DNA of 61,439 nucleotides, counting the filler, from Choristocarpus tenellus KU-1152 (Eukaryota > Protista > Phaeophyceae): assembly GCA_964200185.2 (NCBI GenBank). It is 7 parts of 7 records of this genome, joined end to end, with 100 filler letters (N's around TTAATTAATTAA, not from the genome) between each part and the next. Parts side by side here need not be neighbours in the genome. Positions count along the whole stretch, not along the records: positions 5,295 to 36,856 come from CAXNAD020000080.1; 6 more parts are not named here. One strand, written 5' to 3'. Below, in pieces: positions 13,681 to 24,800 of the stretch. The position numbers and the translations under genes are program-made. The notes under the pieces are model-generated. The model saw only the letters and a program-made list of their open reading frames with translations. It searched no databases and had not been told where the DNA came from. Numbering within the stretch: position 1 is the first letter of the stretch; each line of letters starts with the position of its first letter.

Positions 13681-14379
13681 TTCATATTTATCAATGAATA
13701 CATATCGTCATTGATTGGTACATGTGAGTCAAACCAGCTCAGAGGTAGACAGGGTTGCATTTTAAGGAAACCGAGAAAGGACACAATTAAGCCATTTTGT
13801 ACAAGATTCTCTGCCGAATTGTGTTGATACTTTGTTTGTGGCATGGGGAGTTATCAATTTTGCGTACATCACTGTACACATAAAGCAATGAAATAGAGAG
13901 TATTGCACAAGGTAAGAGAGATGGCTTAAAATGCAAAGGGGTCCAAACCTATCTACATTTTAATTGTTTTGGCTCATGTGTATATTGGCGGTATACCTTA
14001 CAACACCCACCAATATCTAGTTGGGAATCTCTGGTTTTCCTCAAAATTGGTGCACTGCTTTTTTCTTGACTTTTGAGGGGGAGGGCAGGTGGTGGAGTTC
14101 ACAAGGCAACCCCCCTGTCTTCAGGAACCACCACTGCAATATTATTTCCCACTTTTCGGATGCATTCTTGAAAACCCAGCCCTATCCCAAACCCAAACCC
14201 AAACCCTAACCTATGCCTGAAAAGTGTATATAAAATCAGTCAAGGAAACGTTGCAGAAGTGGTGCAGTGGTACAGTGTGCACTTGGGTACTACCATCCCT
14301 CAAGGATCCATAACTTTCAATTTTTCATATAATTGTTCGGAAACCTAGCCCTGACCTGTTCGTAAAAAATAACCTCAAC

Positions 14380-15270
14380 CTTTGTTTGAAGAAGCGAAAA
14401 ATAATGTCATTGGTGTTTCCCCAAGACCAGGGTTGCCCACGAAGACAGGGGGATTCCCTTGTACACTCCGGCAGGTTCGCCAAGCACACGCCAATGGTGA
14501 AAGGGTTATGTCAAGTCTGCACGAGAATGGGCATTCTTGAACACCAGAGAGGATGCCAGTCCATTCATCGTGGATAGGAATTTCCGCATGATGGATGTGG
14601 TATTCCCTGCCGGGGCTTTGTCAGATGCTGGGTCAGCCCCATATTGCAACAAAGGCCTTCTCCGAGATATCGCTTTACAGAGAGGTTCAGGCAGCTTGCC
14701 ACCTGGTCAACTCATTCACCACTAATCATGTCGTTGCAGCAGTAGTCAAACAGTAAAAGTGCACCCACTACAAGGTTTTTTATTTATCATTGCAGGTTTA
14801 ATCTTAACACCTTTGGGGTGGAACGTTTTGGCGGCTCAGTGAGCAAGCAGAAAGCTTCCTTGATGAGTTGGCCGCCCATGTGGTAGGGGGGAGAGGGTCT
14901 GAGGTATACAGTAGGAAAGGGACCGTCAAGACCCGTTTGAGACAGATAGTATCATCTGTAACCTCAAAGGTAGCTATGTCGAGGAGGGATGCGTGTTCCA
15001 CCCTGTAGACACCTGGCCAGTGGGCATGAAAGGGCCTTGCAGATCCTTGGGATTCTTCCCTCGCTCCTAGCCCACTTTTCTGTTGGGCTTAGGCTGGAGG
15101 AATAGTCGTGTGAATATCGTCTCGTAATGAACAATCTCCCAGGGGTCTTGTTGTCTTGTTCAGTCTTTTGGTTAGGGGTCTTTTGAAAGCGACAATTCTT
15201 CTATTAATAGTTTTTGTAGCCCTTCCCTCGCCTGATATATCTGCAAAATGTTAGTGGGCATAATAGTATA
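14380..15270 (+). mobile_element. Second decayed RLE-type LINE 3' fragment
   Basis: MDVVFPAGALSDAGSAPYCNKGLL...EQAESFLDELAAHVVGGRG with frameshifts; ends CTGATATATCTGCAAAATGTTAGTGGGCATAATAG. Confidence 0.7.
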
Positions 15271-15544
15271 TATATATTGACTATTTTTTATTCCCTGAAG
15301 TGTACTGATGTACCAACCAATCAGAACAAGATTCATCCACACTATCACACCATCACCTCATTATACTACAGGCACGTATTGAAATTGACTTATTATTTTT
15401 TGTTAGTTTTCTCTTTTTTGTTTGTGCATTTTTTTATGCTGTTGCACTCATTGTCTCTGCTTTTTGTGAGATATCGTTTGCACACATTATGTTGTACTAC
15501 AAGGTAATAAGTAAAACCTTAAAAATATATTTTGTGCTACTCAT

Positions 15545-15850
15545 ACACATTATCATGACCTCTTTTAACATTTTGCAGATGTGTAAGGGGAGGGGGAGAG
15601 GCAAGACCAAAATAATATAACAAGGACTAGTATATATTTTATTATTATGCCCTCTGACATTTTATATATATATATTATATTATGCCCTCTGACATATTTG
15701 CAGATGTGTCAGGGGGGAAACCAATGAAAACTATACATATGTCGTTATTAGTCCTAAAGAAATAAAATATCCTAAACGTAAGAACACTAGAACTAGTATT
15801 TTATTATTATGCCCTCTGACATTTTGCAGATGTGTCAGGGTGGAAACCAG
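15545..15850 (-). repeat. Cluster of 3-4 inverted LINE 3'-tail copies
   Basis: Repeated ATTATTATGCCCTCTGACATTTTGCAGATGTGTCAGGG, the reverse complement of the tail motif. Confidence 0.8.
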
Positions 15851-16531
15851 TACTAGTATTGTATAACCAACAGTTAGTTGTTGTGAATGCTATGACAATG
15901 TACCTTTCCTAAAGTATGTACAATTTGAAAACTAACAACACCAGAATGTCCCATTTATTTTATTATTCTCAAATTAAAATATAGAAAAAATAGTCTAGCC
16001 CTCGATTTTGAGGTCAGATTGGGAGATTCCACTCACGAGATAATGAGGATTTCAAGGAGTCGGCATAACGTTTCGATAATACCGATGACAATATGTACTC
16101 TACAGCATATTATACCGTTATCGAGTTTTTACAGCCATGCCATTCGTATCCTAATATTCCCACTAACATTTTACTATTACGAATTATTCATACGCAATAT
16201 GGACCATTTCTTCTCATGACCAGAGACATTTACCAGATGATGTATGTTGAGAGAAAAGAGGTGGATATTAGAAGAAATACATAAAAGTAGCAAACATGTC
16301 AACAATAATACACAGACTGTATTTTTCATAGGAAAGGAAGTCCTTTCAATACGCACCAACATGGGAATTGTAGTGTCTTTGAAATATAGAAAAAATATAA
16401 TAAATTGTCATGTGACCATGTTCTGTGTCGTGGGGATTGATGAGAACTACCAGAGAAAATGGTCAGGACAAAAGCGAGAGATGGGACTGAGGCATGCTGG
16501 GTGAGGGTTGAGAGGCTCAGAGTAGCATGTT

Positions 16532-16797
16532 GTGTCAAATTATCTTAGAGGGGGGTCGAGCCACGTCTATTTGGGGCCAAAATCCAATGTTGTGATTGTG
16601 ATTTAATTTTTGCTGTCCTGTTTGTTTGGAAGTGTCATATATCCTTGTTCAGACATACCTTTTCATAACACATACATTTTATCTACTCCGAAATGTTTCG
16701 GAGTAGGAAAATGTCATAAAAAACCCATGGGAAGCCAAAAGCCCCAAAAAGACAAACAGGGCAAAACTCGTACCCTAACCCTAAGATACTTTCACTC
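16532..16797 (+). mobile_element. MITE family A
   Basis: TIRs (CAAATTATCTTAGAGGG / CCCTAAGATACTTTCACTC) and internal palindrome CTACTCCGAAA-TG-TTTCGGAGTAG. Confidence 0.9.
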
Positions 16798-17034
16798 CAT
16801 TCCTCAACCCCCATGGTGATTGGCTCCCACCAGTCCGAACAGAACACAATCCCCAGCATTGCTGGTTTGAGCCCACTGTTCAGGATGGGGTCACTGCAAG
16901 CTGGTTGGCTGTTTGACCTGCATCACATCACCTATCTGGTCTCAACAGCAAAATGTGGTGCATGTAATGAATATCAATCACTACGCACTGTGTCTAATAT
17001 CAATGTGTGTCAGAGATCCCAAATTAGACCTGCC

Positions 17035-17215
17035 CTAGCAAAATCGAAAAACCTACCAAGGAGACAATGGTAGTTGAAACTGCTCCTAAAATGGTGCTAT
17101 GATTGGTCGTCTAGAAACAAGGGAAGAGTCTCACAAGCCAGTCAAAGCCCCATTTAGCCCACCACCAACCTTAAGTCTCTGACGAAAGCTACATGACACG
17201 CCTGAAGATTGCTCC
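17035..17215 (+). repeat. Dispersed repeat family D, copy 2
   Basis: Similar to 3165-3335. Confidence 0.6.
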
Positions 17216-18408
17216 CTACTTGTGTGGACATTCCAGGCACAGCGCAACACACGGCTATTACTTCCCATCTCATTTTTAAGAGCCCTTTGAACATTTTTAC
17301 CCCCCAAAAGAGGGAAGTAGGGTATTCTAGGAGATGGAAATATTGCATTTTTTCCTAAAAATTGACTTTTTGTTCCAGATAGTTGGGGATTAGGGTTAGG
17401 GTTAAAGTACACATGTAGACCAAGTGCAAAATAGAAGCACTTCAACCTCTCGATTCAAGAATCTGTATCCTCCTGAGGCAAGTAGGACCCCATATCCGCT
17501 CAGGCTCAGCAATCCTGATGGTCACCCTAAAGTATTTCCACTGTTAGGAAATGAGGTCAGATGTTTCTGATCATTAGCTTGGAAACAATAAAAACACACT
17601 TGTGTTGATACAATGTTGGGGGTCTAAGCCCTTCGTGACAGAACTCTGAAAGGCTAAGAAAGTTCTATTCGACATTACCTTGAAAAATAGAAAAAGAAAA
17701 ACGCCTCCCAAAAATCTGTTTCCCTGGAGGGGCCTGAACTCTAACGCAATCAAAATAACAAAAACCCCGCAAGACTTCAGAAAGCTCACACACGATGCTT
17801 ACTTGAGCCGGCTGGATTGATACACTGTTACTATCTTACAGGCTCTTGTCATTGCACACTACCAACGGAGGTATCAAACGTCAGGCCCCTGGATGAGCAT
17901 CCAACACAAATCAATCTGATTATGAAGAGACCACAACGTCAATCTGTTTTTTCTTGGGCTCTTGCCTTCCCCTTAAATTGCGCCCAGTGACGCCATGCAC
18001 CTCTGACTTCATTAACAGGCCAACTGCTCAAAAAGAAAAGAGGTTCAACTCACAGAAGGGAGAGGTGGAAAAAACTGACAAAACACACATACACACTGCA
18101 CCGGACATGCTGTCTCTAAAACATCACTGGGTCAGCAGGCCAATCATCACAAGGATGTTTCACAGATAGTCCTTGCTCTCTGCGCAGGTGTCGCAGAAAC
18201 TGGTACGGAACACTTGCTGTAGCAGAATCATCTCGCCTCTAGATCAAAGTCAAACAAATCAGTCTCTTGCCCTTGCCTTTGCCCTTGCCCTTGCCCTTGC
18301 CTGGCGCATGAGCCGTGGACAAAAAAAAAGAAGAGAGTCTAAGTACTGCACACCCTCACATCTCATTCTACATTTCGCAAAAAAATTTCAGTTCCCCGAC
18401 AGTGTGCA

Positions 18409-21400
18409 CTACGAAGGTACACCTTTATCTTTGCAGAGATAGAATGCCAACTTCGTATACTGCTCTTTGAGGATGAACAGGATCACTGTCATAATGCCCT
18501 TTGCCAAGAAATACGGACCAAATCCCCTCCACAACGACATCAGCCCCTCCCTCCTGGCTATGGTATACAGCGCATTCCATGTTCCGGTGTACTGCTTATC
18601 CTTGGTGGGTGTTGCCTGAGGCGATCAATCAGGGATTGCAAGGTGAATTTAGGGGACAGATGAGTCATCTGTCAAACGGCACAATGACCTAGAACAAGGC
18701 AGTACTGATCACAACATGGACCATCACTACCCAGAGCACTGTAATGTGCTCTGGAGCAGGTAAAAAGTACTACAGTGGATATTTCATCCACCTTCAATAG
18801 ACTCAAGACATGATATGCTAGAAAGTTCGCACTGTGCAGGGGCTTCGAGATTGTGTTAGAATTTTCTCGGAACTTAAGCATGGTGACATCGACGGTCCTG
18901 GGTCAGATTCAAGCAGAGAGGGTCAGATGAGACCCGTAGCCCTACCGCTTGATTGCCATTCAAACAAGGCAGTCAGCAGATGTGCAGCAAAAGAACCGAT
19001 CACTTGACGTAAGCAATTTGGACTCTATCGTTGTATTTCCCTGTAGGTTCATCCTTCTTCCCAACACCTGAAAAGTGTCATTTGGCACTAAATAACACCG
19101 CTTGACTGGACACAGTTCCACCCAATACCCATGGCTCACTGTCAGCGCAGCATGCCAACACCCAGATCAAAAAAGAAAGAGATACAAGGCACTGCCCACG
19201 ATGAGATCCGACACTGATCAAAGATGGATAAGAGTCTGGTACTCCTCCAACATCCACAACACGAGGACATAAGGTCCTAGTTGTGAATCTAGTCTAGGCG
19301 AGTGGTTGAAAGTATTGGGTGGTTCCAGGTGTTACTTAGTCTTGTACTACATACCTGCTGCATGCGAGTCTTGACTGTGTCCAGGGGCATCGATACATAC
19401 GAGAATATGATTGCAGAGATGATCCCTGCAGCCAAATGCAATTGAACACCTTGCAGTACTGACCCAAGGGCGTCCTTTGCTTGGTCATAGGTAGCTATCT
19501 GGGACATGGACACCACCATTGCTCTCATTACTGGGTCGGGACACATATACAGGTACCCCACAAGCACAGAAGTAAGGGTGTACGGTAGGTTCAGATACTA
19601 TAAAGATTTCATGATGTATATATATTTTCTGACATGACACTTTGAAATTTGATACATACCTATGTATATCCTGGGACCAGGCTAAAATATCTGATATGAA
19701 ATTCAGAAGGTACGATTCAATATTGAATCTAAATCATGATATGATTCAAAATAAAATCAGCGAGAAAGCACTGATCCTCAGGCACAACATGCATAGCATC
19801 AACAGGAGTGTGATGCCATGAACTAGCGATCGATCCCCCACAAAGCACTAGTTTAAATGTAGATAGAGCACAAATGTGATATCGGTGGTTCCAGTAGCAA
19901 CAACCAATATCAATATGAAGTTGTTTCATACCCTAGGACAAGTGTTCCTCTTACTGGGGGACCGGACACGTTTTGTGAAACCAGAGATAGCCCAACCACT
20001 GCAGCACAACTAGACCTCTATTACCTCATGGGTTTGAAGAAGAAAACGGGTTCCAAAAGCACGACTTCTGATTTCCCACCTCAAGAGTACATCATTCAAG
20101 ATACATGACAACTCCTATGTTGTATGTAAGGGCATATCACAGCCAAGTGATCGCATACCGGTCACATGTTCCATTTTCCAGAATGCTGTTGAGTTCCCCA
20201 GCACACAGCACCACCCGTATGACACAAGAGTTATTTCTTTGTCCTGGTTCTCACTAAATCTCGTTATGTAGAGAAGGGATTAGGGTGGTGAGTGGAACTC
20301 AATACCTAGTATCCATACCTGTGGGTCCTGCACCTCTCCAGTATCTGAGTACCCCCTCCTCCTGGCCTATTCTATATAGGGCACTGAAGACGTCCTTGTA
20401 ATTTCGTCGTTCACTCACTGGAAGCTTACCGTCAGCCTGGAATGTGCGGGTATGGACATACCAGTGCAGAGTCAGTCATTCGGCTAGTTTAGTCATGGTG
20501 GAGGGTTGACTGCACCATACTTCCTGCAGTTGTTGCAAGTGAAATAAATAGGGTAGTCAACTACAGCAAACAGCCCTTTCCATTTCAAAACAAGTACACA
20601 TCACACGATGAACAGCGGTCATACACATCAACACAGCACAGGCAGGACAGAGAGCAGATCCTCATCCTTACTCAGAAAAACGCAACAAAGCTCAATTCTC
20701 ACCTGCATCCGTACCAAGCAAACCTCTACCGGACAGGCGCAAAACGCTGCCGTTCCACCCGACACCATTCCGATTAGTTGGCGAAGTAAGAAGACGCTTC
20801 CTGGGCCAGCCCTGCTATCTGCAACCGCAGAGCACAATTGAGCACATCCAGTCAGTCAAAGTTACACTAGATTTCGGTGACACGACACTGCATGCCGAAG
20901 CTCATTCGAGCTCAGAACTCGATCCATACTCACTCGCAATCAGCAGAGACTTCATGAAGTCATAGAGCCCAAGCCTAAGGGTGGTGTAGGAGGCCTGGCG
21001 CGCAAGGGCGGCAGAAAGGCCAGCATAGAGGGCCTTACCACCCTCCTTGCGCACCTACACCAATGAAAAGGTAATAATGGGAGTTAGATGTTGGCATATC
21101 TTCGTAAAGACTAGCAACCCTTTTGCATTTGCAAACCGAGGGATGATATTGCTTTATCATGGTCAACCAAACGATGTTCTAAACTTTAAGTCAAAGACCT
21201 CTTGGTATACACACCAGATCTGTTCCCACAGACAACGCTGTGGCATTCCCCCCGTTGGTCCCCAGGAGCTGCATTCGTGTCTTCACGACATCCACTGGGT
21301 GAATACACATCCATGCTGACATTCCACTTGCTCCAGCCACGACGAAGTTTGCGTAGGTTGGGAGATTAGTCTCCGCCTGACACCAAGGAAACCCTGACTG

Positions 21401-21582
21401 AGTTGAAGCATATATCTCATGCCTTGTACACAACAAAAACTTTGAGCAAACGGCTTGCAAATTCAAGGTTCGATTGCTTTTTGGTCGGACAAGCTCACCG
21501 CGCAACGACGACCTAGGAAAACCAAACCCACAACCACAGCGGCCCTGGTCAGCATCATTCGTGCTATTGGTAGCTTCACCAT
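18409..21582 (-). CDS. Mitochondrial carrier family (SLC25) protein, oxoglutarate/dicarboxylate-carrier-like, ~327 aa, 7 exons
   Basis: Exons 21582-21499, 21376-21215, 21054-20934, 20818-20703, 20436-20319, 19530-19355, 18615-18409 join in frame (984 nt, all GT-AG). Three carrier signature motifs PVDVVKTRMQ, PVEVCLVRMQAD, PLDTVKTRMQ; OGC-type RQASYTTLRLGLY and RAMVV. Exon 1 is the least certain. Confidence 0.93.
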
Positions 21583-21851
21583 TATGCTAATGGCGTCGAT
21601 AAGAATCTTGCTCCAGATGGTTTTTTGAGTCGGGCTTCCTCTTCGAAGTTACAAACTTGGACCATCTCAACCGTGAGTTCGAATCTTCAAAATTGTTGTT
21701 GTTGCTGTTGACTATTGGAGTTCAAGTGTTGCTGGAAGGCCGAAACTTCCTCACTACGTCTACCCCCACATGAATAATCAAACAAGACATCGGTACGGCA
21801 CGAGGCGGCCTGTTTCCACTCACGCCCAAGGGGTGCACAAAGGCCTGACAA
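21583..21851. promoter_or_regulatory. Putative bidirectional promoter / 5' UTRs
   Basis: Only 269 bp between two divergent start codons; no specific element identified. Confidence 0.55.
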
Positions 21852-24800
21852 ATGAAATTGCTAGTGCCCACGGCGCTTGGCCTGCTGGCTGGTGCCACCG
21901 CTGTTGTAGCAGGCGGAGCTCGTGGAGCAAGTCTAGGTATCTCCCAACGAACACATCATAGGTTTACCGTCGCCGATGCCCCACCTCTCGATATCGCAAT
22001 TGCCGCGACAGCTGCCCTTTCCCGTACGGAAAATGATGGTCTCGGAAAGATAGTAGCTGTCCCTGCTGGTGGCGAAGTCAAGGTTAGTTACTGGTGAAGA
22101 CGCGATTTCCATAGGATACATGTAGGTATTCATGTGGAGTCTCTGTTGGCCAATCCTACTTGGATTTGTCTCAATTTACAATAGATCACCGACTCGCTCT
22201 CCTGGGAATTCTTTTTCCTCCTCTTCGGTTATATGCCTGGATAGAGATAAGTTGGATTGAGGAATTCTTTTCTGTACTCTCCGCACTTCCCTAGAAAACA
22301 GAGATCACCTGGAACATGAGGTGATTTCCATGTCCCATCCCATCCACTCTTCTACGCCCACAGCGTAACATCAAAATAGGTGTACTAGGAGTACTTGGTG
22401 GTGCTCTTTGCCATATTGTCTTGGGTACGACGTACTGTTGGGGTAATTTCCTACCCTACATCCCCGCCAAGCTCAAGTACTTCAAGGGGGCAGAAGGTTC
22501 GGGCCCTCCAGACGCTATGTGGGTACTTGCGGGAACGTTTGTAGCTCAGGCGCTGGCTATGCCCATTGGCCCCAGCTTCCAGGAAAAGATAGGCTGCAAG
22601 GTGGGTTTCATCTGGTATAATGCTCCCTGAATGTACGTCAATCTAGATTAATCGAAACTATCATTCCCCTGTGTTATTCCGTACGCAACTGGTTTGCAGT
22701 TACATTCCAACACAATGAACTGTTGAAAATTTTGTATAGTTGGAATTGAACGTGTGAGCTGCATTGACGAACCTTTTGGTGGTCTACCTCTGATGGACGA
22801 CGTGTTCCTTAAAGAAGTCTTCAGAGACATATTATTAGCGTAGACCCGTCTTTGCATTGAGACGTAAACTTCATCCGTAGGCCCAACCATTAAATAACGG
22901 ACGTGATCCTATCCTACGTTGCCGCGCTTGTTTAATGCTACACACCTACCCAGGCCACCACTATGCTTGGATGTGGTTTGATGGCCCTCGGCGTATTTTT
23001 GGCATCCTTTGCCCCCAATTTGTACGTCTTCTTGTTCTGCTACTCCCTGCTCTTCGGGTCAGGGGTGGGAATTGCGTACACTGCTCCCATGGTGAACGGA
23101 TGGCGATGGTTCCCTGACAAGAAGGGTCTGGTCAGCGGGGCTGTTGTAGCCGGCTTTGGTTCCGGTGGGTTCATCTTCAACCAGGTAAAAGTGTAGGCAT
23201 GATATCCTGGAACCTGACGGGAGAAGGGTAATTCTTCCTTGACAGTGTGACTCTTGTGGAATCCGTTGGTGCGAGAGCTAGCTCTTGAACAGGACTACCT
23301 CCCGGTGTGCTCTGCTCACGTTGTCATTTTGTCAGTGCTTGGGTACCGAGAGGCATGTTATTGTTGATATGATATTGTTGATATGATATTGTTGCATGAT
23401 ATTGTTGATATGATATTTTGATATGATATTGTTGACATGATATTGTTGACGGCGTCAAAAAATGAGCAAGTATGGCACTGTTTCTGTGAATGTGGTTGTG
23501 CAACAGCACAGTGTAACCTACTTTAAGTGAAGAATTTCATGGCGATACGTAAAATTGAGTTCCCCCCCCCCCTCCACCCACTATTGTTTTCCTAGCATCT
23601 GCATCCACAGGTATTGTATGCGCATGAGATCTTGTATGTATATTTAATTTGGCATTTGTTTCGGTGTGGTTGTGGTCTCAGGTGGGCACAAAGATAATCA
23701 ACCCTGATGGACTAGATGCTGTCGGTGGAGTCTACCCAGATACAGTGTATGAGATGTTCCCCAAGATGCTCCGTAAGCTGTCCTTCATATACATTGTGCT
23801 GTCCGGAGTAGGAGCTCTGTTTGTTAACCCTCCACCTGCTGAGGCCCTTGGTACTCCTTCCAGTGGGAAGAAGGCTGCTGCTGCCCCCGCCAGCACTGGT
23901 AGCTCTCTCCGTGAGGCTCTTGTCTCGAAGAACTTCTGGCTTATGTGGTTTATGGTAAGAGCTCCCATTGTGTACTTACAAGAGGCCTTGTGTTTGGAGT
24001 TGTGACTGGCCTTAAGATAGAAGGGGTTTTTTTCTGCCAAGGTGTGTACCCTCCAAGGTAACACAGTGCACATTGCTACTGTTACACAGCAATGTTCTGA
24101 CTACAATGCTCCAACCGTATTAACCTCGGAATGTCTGTTACGCAATATACTTCACCAGTGCAGCTTCCAGGGGCCAGTTTCCGCTAATGTGTCTATTTGT
24201 CTGTGTCCATTTGCTGTACAGTGTTTGCTGCCTAGCGCTAGGATTGGGTCTAACCTCGGTTGTCAATGTATCGCTAAGCGCCCCTTGGTCTATGGCTTCC
24301 GTTGTCCAGAAAAAACGCCTCTTGGTGATAGTACACCCAATGATATTTTTTCTTTTCACGCCTTTAGCGGATTTTCTCCAACCCTGTTGTAAGAGGTTGT
24401 AGAGCAGGGCAGGTGATAACTGGACGGAATGTGGTAGAAGAAGGAACGTAATGAGGAAGAGGAAAGTGAAAAAAAAAAACTGTCTACATTCGCTTGTAGC
24501 GCCTGCTGTCAGGCAAACCCCTGTGCCAGTTGCTCTGCAAAAGTTTGCTGTTTTGGACGATGCTTGTGACTGCTTGCTCCGTGGCAATCGCTGTCCAGAA
24601 AAAGTATCGTTGTGTGCATGATATGGTATTGAATAGTGTGATGAAAGCGTTCTGTATAAGAATTTTAATTTCTGTTTCTGGCGGTTGTTTTTTTTGGGGG
24701 GTGGGGGTTAGGGTTTTCACATGTCATGTTTGTTGCACCCCTGAGGGCAATAGTTATGTTGTGATGATGTCACTATGTATCAGTAATGTCCTTGTGTGTC

